A stretch of DNA of 64,000 nt from an uncultured delta proteobacterium (GTDB taxonomy: Bacteria > Myxococcota_A > Polyangia > Polyangiales > Polyangiaceae), in assembly GCA_963716725.1 (NCBI GenBank), contig CAVQUB010000003.1, positions 1-64,000 on the forward strand, in the 5' to 3' direction. The translations under genes were made by a program, and so were the position numbers. The notes under the pieces were generated by a model that was not told where the DNA came from, did no database searches, and worked only from the letters and a program-made list of their open reading frames with translations. Positions 29,501 to 37,653 of the stretch are shown here, piece after piece. Positions within the stretch are counted from its first letter, which is position 1, and each line of letters begins with the position of its first letter.

Positions 29501-30832
29501 TCAACCGATCCCGTAGCGCTTTAGTTTTTCGTACAAGGTGCGAACGCCTATGCCGAGAGCATCTGCGGCGCGCATGCGATTGCCGTCCACCTCGGCCAGC
29601 GCGCGCACGATGGCGGCTTGCTCCAGCTGTTCCAGCGTCTGCGCTTCTGCCGCACTGTCCTGAGTGGGACTTGCCAATGGGTCGAGGACGATCTGCTCGA
29701 CGCGGATGACCTGGCCGTCGCTCAGGATGGCAGCGCGCTCCAAGGTGTTCTTGAGCTCGCGCACGTTGCCGGTCCATGGCGCCGCGATGAGTTTCTGCAG
29801 CGCCGCCGGATCGAGAGACAGGTGCGCACGTCCGATACTCTGTCCAACGCTTCGCAACAGGGCCTCGGCGAGCGCCGGGATGTCCGCGCGCCGTTCCCGC
29901 AGCTGCGGCAGGCGGACGGGAAACACGGAAAGGCGATGGTACAAGTCCTTGCGGAACTTGCCCTCGGCCACCAGGGCGCCCAGGTCGCGATTCGTCGCAG
30001 CGATCCAGCGCACGTCCGCGCGAAGCGTGCGGGAGCCGCCGAGGCGTTCGTAGCTCCGTTCTTGCACCACACGCAGCAGCTTGGCCTGTAGCTCGGGTTT
30101 GAGTTCCCCGATTTCGTCCAAGAAGAACGTGCCCCCAGCTGCCAGTTCGATGCGGCCCCGTCGCGCGGCGTGGGCGCCGGTGAAGGCGCCACGCTCGTGT
30201 CCGAACAACTCGCTCTCCAGGAGTTGCTCCGAGAGCACGGCGCAATTGACCGCCATGAAGGGGCCGGTCGCACGCGCGCTGTGCCGGTGCACGTAGTGCG
30301 CCGCCACTTCTTTGCCGGTACCGCTTTCGCCGACGAGCAGCAAAGTAGAGTCCGTGCGCGCCACGCGCTCGAGCGCATCGATGACTTGCTGCATGCCGGG
30401 GGCGTCTGAACGGAGGTCCGGATACGCTGCATCTTTGCGCTCGCTGCCCTCCTTGATGCTGATCAGCGCCCGACGCTCCAGAGCGCGTGCCACGAGCAAG
30501 CGCAGCTGTGCGGGCGCGGCGATGGGCTTCTGCAAGAAATCAAAGGCGCCGAGCTTCATGGCCTCCACCGCGACGTCAATGGCCCCATGCGCCGTGAGCA
30601 GGATGACTTCGAGGTCGGGCTGTAGCTCCTTGCCCCGGCGCAAGAGCGTCAGACCATCCATCTGCGGCATCTTCAGATCGGTCACCAACACGTCGAACCC
30701 GGCGGCGGTCAGTTCATCGAGCGCACGCTTTCCGTCTTCTGCCAGGACCACTTCGTGTCCGGCACCCTGCAGCGTTTCGCCGATGAACTCGCGCACGCCT
30801 TCTTCGTCGTCGGCGACCAAGATGCGACTCAT
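29501..30832 (-). CDS. Sigma-54-dependent response regulator (REC-AAA+-HTH; NtrC/ZraR/AtoC family)
   Basis: ILVADDE, TDLKMP, GESGTGKE, GAFTGA, FLDEIGE, WTGNVREL, HTH. Confidence 0.96.
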   Translation of the reverse strand: MSRILVADDEEGVREFIGETLQGAGHEVVLAEDGKRALDELTAAGFDVLVTDLKMPQMDGLTLLRRGKELQPDLEVILLTAHGAIDVAVEAMKLGAFDFLQKPIAAPAQLRLLVARALERRALISIKEGSERKDAAYPDLRSDAPGMQQVIDALERVARTDSTLLLVGESGTGKEVAAHYVHRHSARATGPFMAVNCAVLSEQLLESELFGHERGAFTGAHAARRGRIELAAGGTFFLDEIGELKPELQAKLLRVVQERSYERLGGSRTLRADVRWIAATNRDLGALVAEGKFRKDLYHRLSVFPVRLPQLRERRADIPALAEALLRSVGQSIGRAHLSLDPAALQKLIAAPWTGNVRELKNTLERAAILSDGQVIRVEQIVLDPLASPTQDSAAEAQTLEQLEQAAIVRALAEVDGNRMRAADALGIGVRTLYEKLKRYGIG

Positions 30833-32166
30833 CGGGGGATCCTCAGGGTGAACACGGCGCCCCCATCGCTAGCATTCTTCGCAGCGATGCTGCCGTGGTG
30901 CAGCTGGACGATGCGCCGGGCCACGAACAGGCCCAGGCCCACGCCCCGCACCCGAGTGGTGTGGAATGGCTCGAAAATGCGCTGCTCCTCGCCCTTGGGG
31001 ATGCCACTGCCGTGGTCGCGCACTTCGATTTCCAGCTGCTGGCCTTGCACGGACGCCGTCAACTCCACGGGGCTGCCGTCGGGAGACGACTGGAGGGCGT
31101 TCTCCAGGAGATTGGTCAGTACTTGGGCGATCCGCGGGGCGTCCAAGCTCCACGTTTCGGGAGCGCTGGCCGCGTTCAGCTTCACGCGGCTGGCATCGAC
31201 CTTGTCCACGCAACCTCGGAGCAGCGGCACGAGCTTATCGGGTGTTCGTTGGACTGAATCGGACCGCACGAAGTCGAGTAGCAACGCGGACAGGTTTTCG
31301 ATGCGTTCGGCCTCCATCACGATGCGCGTCGCCTTCTTCTGCGCGCTCTGCCCCTCTTCGAGCTGCTCCGCCAGCAGTTGGGCGTGCCCTTTGAGCGATG
31401 CCAGGGGGTTGCGGATCTCGTGGGCGAGCACGGCGGACATCTCGCCTAGCTTCGAGAGCTGTCGCTCGCGGTCTAGTCTCCCCTGTTCCGCTTCGCGCCG
31501 CCGCAGCGTGCGCCAGACCAGCCCCGCAATTGCGACAAAACTCATGGCCGCAAGCGCGCTCATGAGCAAGGAGCGACGCGCGTCCGCTTGCAGTCGCTTG
31601 GCGGCTAGGGGCTCGAACTCGACGATGAAGGCAGGCGGTGGTCCGCCGTTGGGCGGCCGCGACGCACCGGGCGGAGGAGGCGTTCCGGGCGGCGGCCCGT
31701 GCACCGGCGGCGGAGGAGGCGTTCCGGGCGGCGGCCCATGTGCTGGCGGCGGAGGAGGTGGCGCGCCCCGATGCGGCGGGGGCTGCGCCATCTGCACGCG
31801 CTCGCCGACCCGTGTGAACGTACGCCTCGACCCTAGCTCCACGCTGCTGACGTCGATGGCGCCACTCGACGTGCCCGCTTCCGCGCGCAGCGTGCCGCGA
31901 GACACGACTGCGACGTAGCGCAGTCCGGTCGGGGCGTGCGCCTCCAGCAGTCCAGTCAAAGCTTCGTCGTTGCCGTGCAATGCAAGGATCGATTCGAGGT
32001 AAGTCGACCCCTGACCCATCGCCATCTCCGTGCTGGCTTCTTCAATACGCTGTTGATTGCTCCAGGACACCGAGACGAGCGCGACGGCGAGCACGATGAT
32101 TAGAAGCAGCGGGGCCCGCTGCGCCCAAGCGCTGACGGCGGGTCTTCGGCTGATGGGAGGCGTCAC
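30829..32166 (-). CDS. Two-TM sensor histidine kinase with Pro/His-rich periplasmic segment
   Basis: AHEIRNPL H-box, NLLENA, DHGSGI, FEPF, GVGLGL; probable GTG start at 32166; overlaps the regulator by 4 nt. Confidence 0.93.
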   Translation of the reverse strand: MTPPISRRPAVSAWAQRAPLLLIIVLAVALVSVSWSNQQRIEEASTEMAMGQGSTYLESILALHGNDEALTGLLEAHAPTGLRYVAVVSRGTLRAEAGTSSGAIDVSSVELGSRRTFTRVGERVQMAQPPPHRGAPPPPPPAHGPPPGTPPPPPVHGPPPGTPPPPGASRPPNGGPPPAFIVEFEPLAAKRLQADARRSLLMSALAAMSFVAIAGLVWRTLRRREAEQGRLDRERQLSKLGEMSAVLAHEIRNPLASLKGHAQLLAEQLEEGQSAQKKATRIVMEAERIENLSALLLDFVRSDSVQRTPDKLVPLLRGCVDKVDASRVKLNAASAPETWSLDAPRIAQVLTNLLENALQSSPDGSPVELTASVQGQQLEIEVRDHGSGIPKGEEQRIFEPFHTTRVRGVGLGLFVARRIVQLHHGSIAAKNASDGGAVFTLRIPR

Positions 32167-32319
32167 AGCTGGGCCTTTGGGGCAACACGCGCACTGGCGA
32201 GAGCGCGCCGCAACATAGCAGCAGGGAGCAAAGCGGATGCCACGATGTGAACGTGGACTCAGCGCCGAGAAACAGCGCGCTCCGCTTGGCGCCAACGCTC
32301 CCGGAAGTGCGTTCATGGC

Positions 32320-32354
32320 CTGCGAGATCCGCAGTCCGGCTGCAGCTCTCGCAG
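32320..32354. promoter_or_regulatory. Tandem enhancer-like sites CTGCR-N5-CGCAG (pair 1)
   Basis: CTGCGAGATCCGCAG (32320-34) and CTGCAGCTCTCGCAG (32340-54). Confidence 0.65.
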
Positions 32355-32395
32355 TCGCCTTCCCGTGATCCTGCACGTCTTCGTGGCGCAGGCGC

Positions 32396-32412
32396 CTGGC
32401 ACGTGGCTTGCG
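32396..32412 (+). promoter_or_regulatory. Sigma-54 promoter of the Spy-like operon
   Basis: CTGGCACGTGGCTTGCG matches TGGCAC-N5-TTGC. Confidence 0.85.
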
Positions 32413-32442
32413 ATGCATGAGGGCAAGCCAGGAGATACCCCG

Positions 32443-33378
32443 ATGAAGTTCCGATCCCTCAGCACCTTGGTCCTGATTGTCGCCCCCGCCGCGCTTGCCG
32501 CCTGTGGCGACGTGGCGCCAAGTGACTCGCTCGCGACAGACACTACCTCCGAGTCCGAAAGCAACCTCGCCGAAGCCGCCCAGGCGCGTCCACCACACCC
32601 GCCGGGCCCGTTGCCATTGGTCGACGTAGCCCTGCGCGAGGTCGAACTGACCGCCTCTCAACGCGAACTTCTGCGCGGCCTCGCCGTCAGCGCGCGGGCA
32701 AGTCGTGATGCAGCGCAGGTGGGTTCGCGCAGCATCGAGAGGAAGCTCGCCGCTGCGTTGCGCGTAGCGAGCCTCGATGCGGCAGTCGTCCAAGCAGAAA
32801 TTGAAGCGCTTTCAAGCCAGCACCGCACAGCCCAGCGCGATCACGCCCACGCGCTCTACGTGCTGCATGCCACCTTGACGCCGGTGCAACGCGAAACCGT
32901 CGTGCTTGCGGTTCGACGCCACGCACCTGCTCGGGGCGACGTCGAAGGCGGGCTCCAAGCGCGCGGTGGCCCCCCACCGGAAGGCGCGATGCCAGCGCCG
33001 GAAGGCGCGATGCCAGCGCCGGAAGGCGCGATGCGGGACCCGTTTGCCGACTTGAATCTCACGGAAGCGCAAGCCAGCGCGATGGAAGCGAAACTCGGGA
33101 CGCGACCAGACCGGAACGCCCGTCATGCCGAGCACGAGAAGCGACGTGCGCGCATGGACGCGCTGCTGGATGGCTTTGCCTCCGATGATTTCGAACCAGC
33201 CAAGGTCCTCGGCGAGACCACAGACTCGGATCCCCACCGTGAGCACCTCGAGCGCCAACTCCGCCTGACGCAGGTCGCGCTGGAGGTGCTGAGCGATACC
33301 CAACGCGAGGCCCTCGCAGTGCACATGACGCAGCGGCCGGGTCCTGATGCGCGCCAACAGCCTCGTGGGGGGCAGTGA
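32443..33378 (+). CDS. Spy/CpxP-like (LTxxQ) helical periplasmic lipoprotein with duplicated domain
   Basis: SD AGGAG; lipobox LAAC; LTASQ, LTPVQR, LNLTEAQ and LSDTQR motifs; PEGAMPA repeats. Confidence 0.75.
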   Translation: MKFRSLSTLVLIVAPAALAACGDVAPSDSLATDTTSESESNLAEAAQARPPHPPGPLPLVDVALREVELTASQRELLRGLAVSARASRDAAQVGSRSIERKLAAALRVASLDAAVVQAEIEALSSQHRTAQRDHAHALYVLHATLTPVQRETVVLAVRRHAPARGDVEGGLQARGGPPPEGAMPAPEGAMPAPEGAMRDPFADLNLTEAQASAMEAKLGTRPDRNARHAEHEKRRARMDALLDGFASDDFEPAKVLGETTDSDPHREHLERQLRLTQVALEVLSDTQREALAVHMTQRPGPDARQQPRGGQ

Positions 33379-33599
33379 TACCTGCACCCGGCCGGAGTAG
33401 CTCCGCGGTCGTCGTGTATGCGGTGATCGCCTTGATGTTGTCCGCCTGTGCATCGGTCGAAACGAGCAGCAGCGCGAGGTGTGATGCCGCGCAGAGTTGC
33501 CAACCCGCCGCAGTGGAAGAAGCACCAGCCGAGCTGACCGAACGAGAACTCGACCAAATTTTAGACGACCTCGAACGCGAAATAGAAGAGGAGCCCTGA
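33375..33599 (+). CDS. Small lipoprotein with acidic C-terminal helix
   Basis: Lipobox LSAC; ELTERELDQILDDLEREIEEEP; GTGA overlap with the upstream gene. Confidence 0.6.
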   Translation: MIPAPGRSSSAVVVYAVIALMLSACASVETSSSARCDAAQSCQPAAVEEAPAELTERELDQILDDLEREIEEEP

Positions 33600-33600
33600 G

Positions 33601-33972
33601 ATGAAGATATCCCTACCGACTCTGACGATCGCCGCTCTCACCTCCGTTGTCTGCTGCGGTGCCAGCCCAGCCATGCAGCCGTCGGACGTCGCAGACGTGG
33701 ACAGCCCCGCGACCGAGGTTGGAGCACATGGCAAGGGCGCGGGACCGCCAGGCCGTGAAGGACCAGGCGGGCCGCAGGGTCCCGGCGGCCGGCGAGGTCC
33801 ACCTGCGGAAGCCGTCGAGGCTTGCAAAGGTCTCGCCGAGTCCGCGGCTTGCAGCTTCAAGCTACGTGACCAAACCGTCGAAGGCACTTGCGTCCGCGGT
33901 CCCCGGGACGCGTCGCTTGCCTGTCGACCGAAGGGTCCACCGCCCAACCAACGAAGTTCGGGGGACGGATGA
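33601..33972 (+). CDS. Small secreted Gly/Pro-rich protein with a 4-Cys domain
   Basis: SD GAGGAG; signal peptide; GPPAEAVEACKG...ACSF...VEGTC...LACRP. Confidence 0.7.
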   Translation: MKISLPTLTIAALTSVVCCGASPAMQPSDVADVDSPATEVGAHGKGAGPPGREGPGGPQGPGGRRGPPAEAVEACKGLAESAACSFKLRDQTVEGTCVRGPRDASLACRPKGPPPNQRSSGDG

Positions 33973-34025
33973 AACCGTCGGCCCCGACAGGCTCTCTGAA
34001 CCTTCACCGCAAGAGGAGACGCTCC

Positions 34026-35291
34026 GTGCTGATCAGGAACAAAGCCCTACTGCCGGTCGTGCCGCTTGCGGTCGCTTCAGCGCTGCTTGCGGGATGCAAC
34101 GATGATTCAAGCCCCGAGAATCCAGCCAGCCGCAGCTACCCCATCGTCGATACCGCACAGGGAACCTGCTACGACACCAGCGCGCTGATCGACTGTCCTG
34201 CGGCAGGCAAAGCGTTCTACGGGCAGGACGCGCAAACCACGGGGAATACCCCGAGTTACACCGACAACGGGGATGCCACGATCACCGACGAGGTGACCGG
34301 TCTAGTTTGGACACAAGGCCTCTCGAAGGCGTCCATGCCCTGGTCCGAAGCGGCAGGCTACTGCGAATCCCTCACGGTCGGCGACGTCACCGACTGGCGA
34401 CTGCCCAACCTGAAAGAGCTCTGGTCAATCAGAGACTTCTCGATGGGTTGGCCCTGGGTCGACACCGACTACTTCTATCTCGTCGGTGATGGTCGCGAAG
34501 GCGCTCAACAGCATTCGTGGTCGAGCAACTACTACCTGGTCAACACCGAAGAAGCGGTGACTGAGGTTGCATTCATCGTCAACGACTGGACTGGACACAT
34601 CAAGGCACTGTCCGGCAATCGTTTCGTGCGCTGTGTCAGCGGCAAGGCATACGGAATCAACGACCTCGTCGACAACGGCGATGGCACCGTCACCGACGAA
34701 GCGACGGGCTTGCGGTGGTCACAGGACGATAGCAACCAAGCAATGAACTGGGAGTCGGCTCTGGCCTACGCGGAAGACTCCACCCATGCCGGCTATGGCG
34801 ATTGGCGTCTGCCCAATGTCAAGGAGCTGCAGAGCATCGCGGACTACTCCGGCGTCTTCCCCGCCATCGACAGATCGGTGTTCAACATCTCCAAGATCAC
34901 CAATGAAGCCGGCAACGCCGACTATCCCTTTTTCTGGACCAGCACTTCCAATCCCTACATCGATCCCAACGATGAACACGGCTACTGGTACGCCTGGTAC
35001 GTGGCCTTCGGCTATGCCGTGGATCCGAGCGGCAAAGACATTCATGGAGCCGGAGCGGTGCGCTTCGACACTAAACATGAAGCAGGAGCCAACGGGCCCG
35101 ACGGCGAGCGTTACTACAACTACGTTCGGCTCGTCCGGGGCGGCAACGAGGCAAAGACGCCCGATGGCGATCCGAGCACAATCAACCCCGATCGGGTCGT
35201 CGCATTTCCTGACGGAGAAACGGGTGGTCCCGGTGGTCCCGGTGGCCCCGACGGTGGTCCCGGTGGTCCCGGTGGCCCCGACGGGCCGTAG
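34026..35291 (+). CDS. Lipoprotein with two DUF1566 (Lcl C-terminal, CLec-like) domains
   Basis: SD GAGGAG + GTG; lipobox LAGC; DNGDxTxTDxxTGLxW...DWRLPNxKEL occurs twice; ends NYVRLVRGG plus GGP repeats. Confidence 0.85.
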   Translation: MLIRNKALLPVVPLAVASALLAGCNDDSSPENPASRSYPIVDTAQGTCYDTSALIDCPAAGKAFYGQDAQTTGNTPSYTDNGDATITDEVTGLVWTQGLSKASMPWSEAAGYCESLTVGDVTDWRLPNLKELWSIRDFSMGWPWVDTDYFYLVGDGREGAQQHSWSSNYYLVNTEEAVTEVAFIVNDWTGHIKALSGNRFVRCVSGKAYGINDLVDNGDGTVTDEATGLRWSQDDSNQAMNWESALAYAEDSTHAGYGDWRLPNVKELQSIADYSGVFPAIDRSVFNISKITNEAGNADYPFFWTSTSNPYIDPNDEHGYWYAWYVAFGYAVDPSGKDIHGAGAVRFDTKHEAGANGPDGERYYNYVRLVRGGNEAKTPDGDPSTINPDRVVAFPDGETGGPGGPGGPDGGPGGPGGPDGP

Positions 35292-35345
35292 CGCATCCTG
35301 GCAAGACCCCCGTCGACGCTTCCTGCTGATGCGCCGGGGTCAACG

Positions 35346-35381
35346 CTGCAGATCCCGCAGTCGAGCCTGCATGAACCGCAG
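35346..35381. promoter_or_regulatory. Tandem enhancer-like sites CTGCR-N5-CGCAG (pair 2)
   Basis: CTGCAGATCCCGCAG (35346-60) and CTGCATGAACCGCAG (35367-81). Confidence 0.65.
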
Positions 35382-35453
35382 GCGGGGCCCCAACCCGCCC
35401 CTCGGAGAGCCCTCGTCCATCACGATTGCAGCCGCTTGGGATGCTCGTCGTCG

Positions 35454-35470
35454 TTGGCACGTCCGCTGCA
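35454..35470 (+). promoter_or_regulatory. Sigma-54 promoter of the second DUF1566 gene
   Basis: TTGGCACGTCCGCTGCA: GG-N10-GC. Confidence 0.8.
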
Positions 35471-35507
35471 CTCTCACTCCAAACTGACCAGACGAAAGGA
35501 CGCGACC

Positions 35508-37016
35508 ATGCTGAGAAGCGCAACCCCGCTGCTGATCCTGGCCTTCGGGGCCACGAGTTGTAGCGACAACAGCGATCCCGTCGTCCCGAGTGACTCGGGC
35601 CTCCAGAACGACTCGAGCACCGAGACCCGGGCCTACGTCGTGCTGTCCACTGGGCAGACGAAAACCTACGGAGACAGCGCCGAGATCACGCCACCGGCCA
35701 AGGGGGAGATCTACTTCGGGCAGGACGCGCAGTACACGACCACGGATCCGAGCTTCAGCGTCAGCGTAGACGGAAAGACCGTGTCCGGGAGCCACACGGG
35801 CCTGATCTGGCAGAAGACGCCGAGCGCCGAGCATTTCAGCATGGCGCAGGCCGCGTCCTACTGTGACGATCTAGCGTTGGGCGGCTACGACGATTGGCGC
35901 GTCCCGAGCCTCAAAGAGCTGTTCTCGATCAGCGATTTCTCCACGGGCTGGCCCTACCTCGACCTGACCTATTTCGACCTTGCCGACAGCAGCGGTGTTG
36001 TCGACAAAAACGAGCAGTATTGGTCCACCGCCCACTACGTGGGCGTCACGGTGGAGGGCAAAACGGAGGCCGCCTTCGGGGTCAACCACGCGACCGGCCA
36101 CATCAAGGCCTACCCCGGTAACACCACCGGCCCGATGGGCAAACGCGTCCGCTGTGTCCGCGGGGCGCCCTACGGCATCAACGAGTTCGTTGACGACGGT
36201 GACGGCACGATCAGCGACAAGGCCACGGGGCTGATGTGGATGCGCGACGACAGCGGCAAGGCGATGGACTGGAAGGTCGCGCTGGCCTGGGCGCAGGCCC
36301 AGAACGACGCCAAGCTGCTGGGCTACACGGACTGGCGACTGCCCAACGTCAAAGAGCTGCAGAGCATCGTCGACTATGCTCGCTCACCGAGCGCCACCGA
36401 GGCCGCCAAGGTTGGCCCGGCCATCGCATCGATCTTCTCTTGCACCCCGATCAAGAACGAAGCCGGCGCCGACGACTACCCCTACTACTGGACCGGCACC
36501 TCGGCGAAGTTCGGCCCCAACGACAGCGCCCACCCCTACGCCTGGTATGTCGCCGCCGGGATGGCGGTCAACAACGCCGGCCTCGACTTCCACGGCGCTG
36601 GCGCTGTGCGCTTCGACACCAAGGTGGAAGGTGGACCCGCGGGCGAGGGCGGCGAGCGCTACTACAACTACGTGCGCTTGGTACGCGGCGGCTCGGCGAG
36701 CATGCGCAGGATGCCCGATGGCGGCTGGCCGCTGCCCGCCGACGGCGGCCAAGCGTCCGCCGATGGCGGCCTTCCTCCGGCGCCGGGCGACGGCGGCCAA
36801 CCGGGCCTGCCGGTTCCGCAAGCGTGCCAGCAGCAGAGCGATTGCGACGCGAACGGGGCCTGCCCGCAAGACGCCAAGTTGGGCTGCCTGTGTTCGTCCC
36901 TCGCCGACGGCAGCAAGGGCTGCGTCCCCGCCTGCTCCACCGCGGCCGATTGCCCGCAGATGCCCGGCAACAGCATGATCTGCGCGCAAGGGCTCTGCAC
37001 GCCGCAACAGCCCTAG
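35508..37016 (+). CDS. Lipoprotein with two DUF1566 domains and a C-terminal Cys-rich module
   Basis: Lipobox ATSC; GQDAQY; DWRVPSLKEL and DWRLPNVKELQSI; HGAGAVRFDTK; YNYVRLVRGG; Cys-rich tail. Confidence 0.85.
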   Translation: MLRSATPLLILAFGATSCSDNSDPVVPSDSGLQNDSSTETRAYVVLSTGQTKTYGDSAEITPPAKGEIYFGQDAQYTTTDPSFSVSVDGKTVSGSHTGLIWQKTPSAEHFSMAQAASYCDDLALGGYDDWRVPSLKELFSISDFSTGWPYLDLTYFDLADSSGVVDKNEQYWSTAHYVGVTVEGKTEAAFGVNHATGHIKAYPGNTTGPMGKRVRCVRGAPYGINEFVDDGDGTISDKATGLMWMRDDSGKAMDWKVALAWAQAQNDAKLLGYTDWRLPNVKELQSIVDYARSPSATEAAKVGPAIASIFSCTPIKNEAGADDYPYYWTGTSAKFGPNDSAHPYAWYVAAGMAVNNAGLDFHGAGAVRFDTKVEGGPAGEGGERYYNYVRLVRGGSASMRRMPDGGWPLPADGGQASADGGLPPAPGDGGQPGLPVPQACQQQSDCDANGACPQDAKLGCLCSSLADGSKGCVPACSTAADCPQMPGNSMICAQGLCTPQQP

Positions 37017-37334
37017 CCGCCTGGCGCGGGACCCTCCGGATCGGGGCCCGTCGAAGCTCAGAGCCTGTGAAAGAATCCCCGCCGCCCACGAAGGAAGGAG
37101 CACCGGCAGCGCTTCGGGGTCGCCGGCATGGGGGCGAGGCGCGCGAGAGACGCTGGGTCGGGTCTGTGCGGAGCCGCGAGCAGCAGTGTCGCGGACTGGG
37201 CGCGAGCGCTTCCGACCTGGACGCCTTCCCGCCCGGAACTCTACCGCGCTCGAAGGCGAAACGGTCCTGCCAAGCGTCAGTTCCGGACCCACTGCGCTGC
37301 CGCTGACAAGGACCTGAGGGGGCGTCCCGTGCAC

Positions 37335-37400
37335 GACCCTTGGAAGTCCCTGGCGAGGGACGACCCTTGGAAGTCCCTGGCGAGGGACGCCCCTTGGAGG
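37335..37400. repeat. 27-bp tandem repeat x~2.4
   Basis: cgacccttggaagtccctggcgaggga repeated. Confidence 0.85.
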
Positions 37401-37653
37401 GGGGCGTGCAAGCACCGTCCCACGCTCGGCGTCACGAGGGAAAGAGCACCGCATCCCCATTTCTTTCTTGACGCGTTTCCAGGCGACTCGGGCTCGCACT
37501 TCGCCGGGCATGTCACCGAAGGCGTCTCTGTTGCGCGACGAAGCTCGCCCATCGTGTTTCGCTCGAGCGACGACGCGCGACGCGTTTGGACGCGTGAAAC
37601 GCGCTCACCGTGTCGGCCGCGAGGCCAAAAAACAGCGTGTTATGCCAGAAAGC

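Noticed and set aside
34026..37016. Diversity-generating retroelement targeting the DUF1566 genes
   Set aside because: No reverse transcriptase, Avd or template repeat in the window. Differences between the paralogs' 3' ends are mostly synonymous and not adenine-specific.
37335..37400. Mini-CRISPR next to the HNH nuclease
   Set aside because: The 27-bp units abut directly without spacers and there are only about 2.4 copies.
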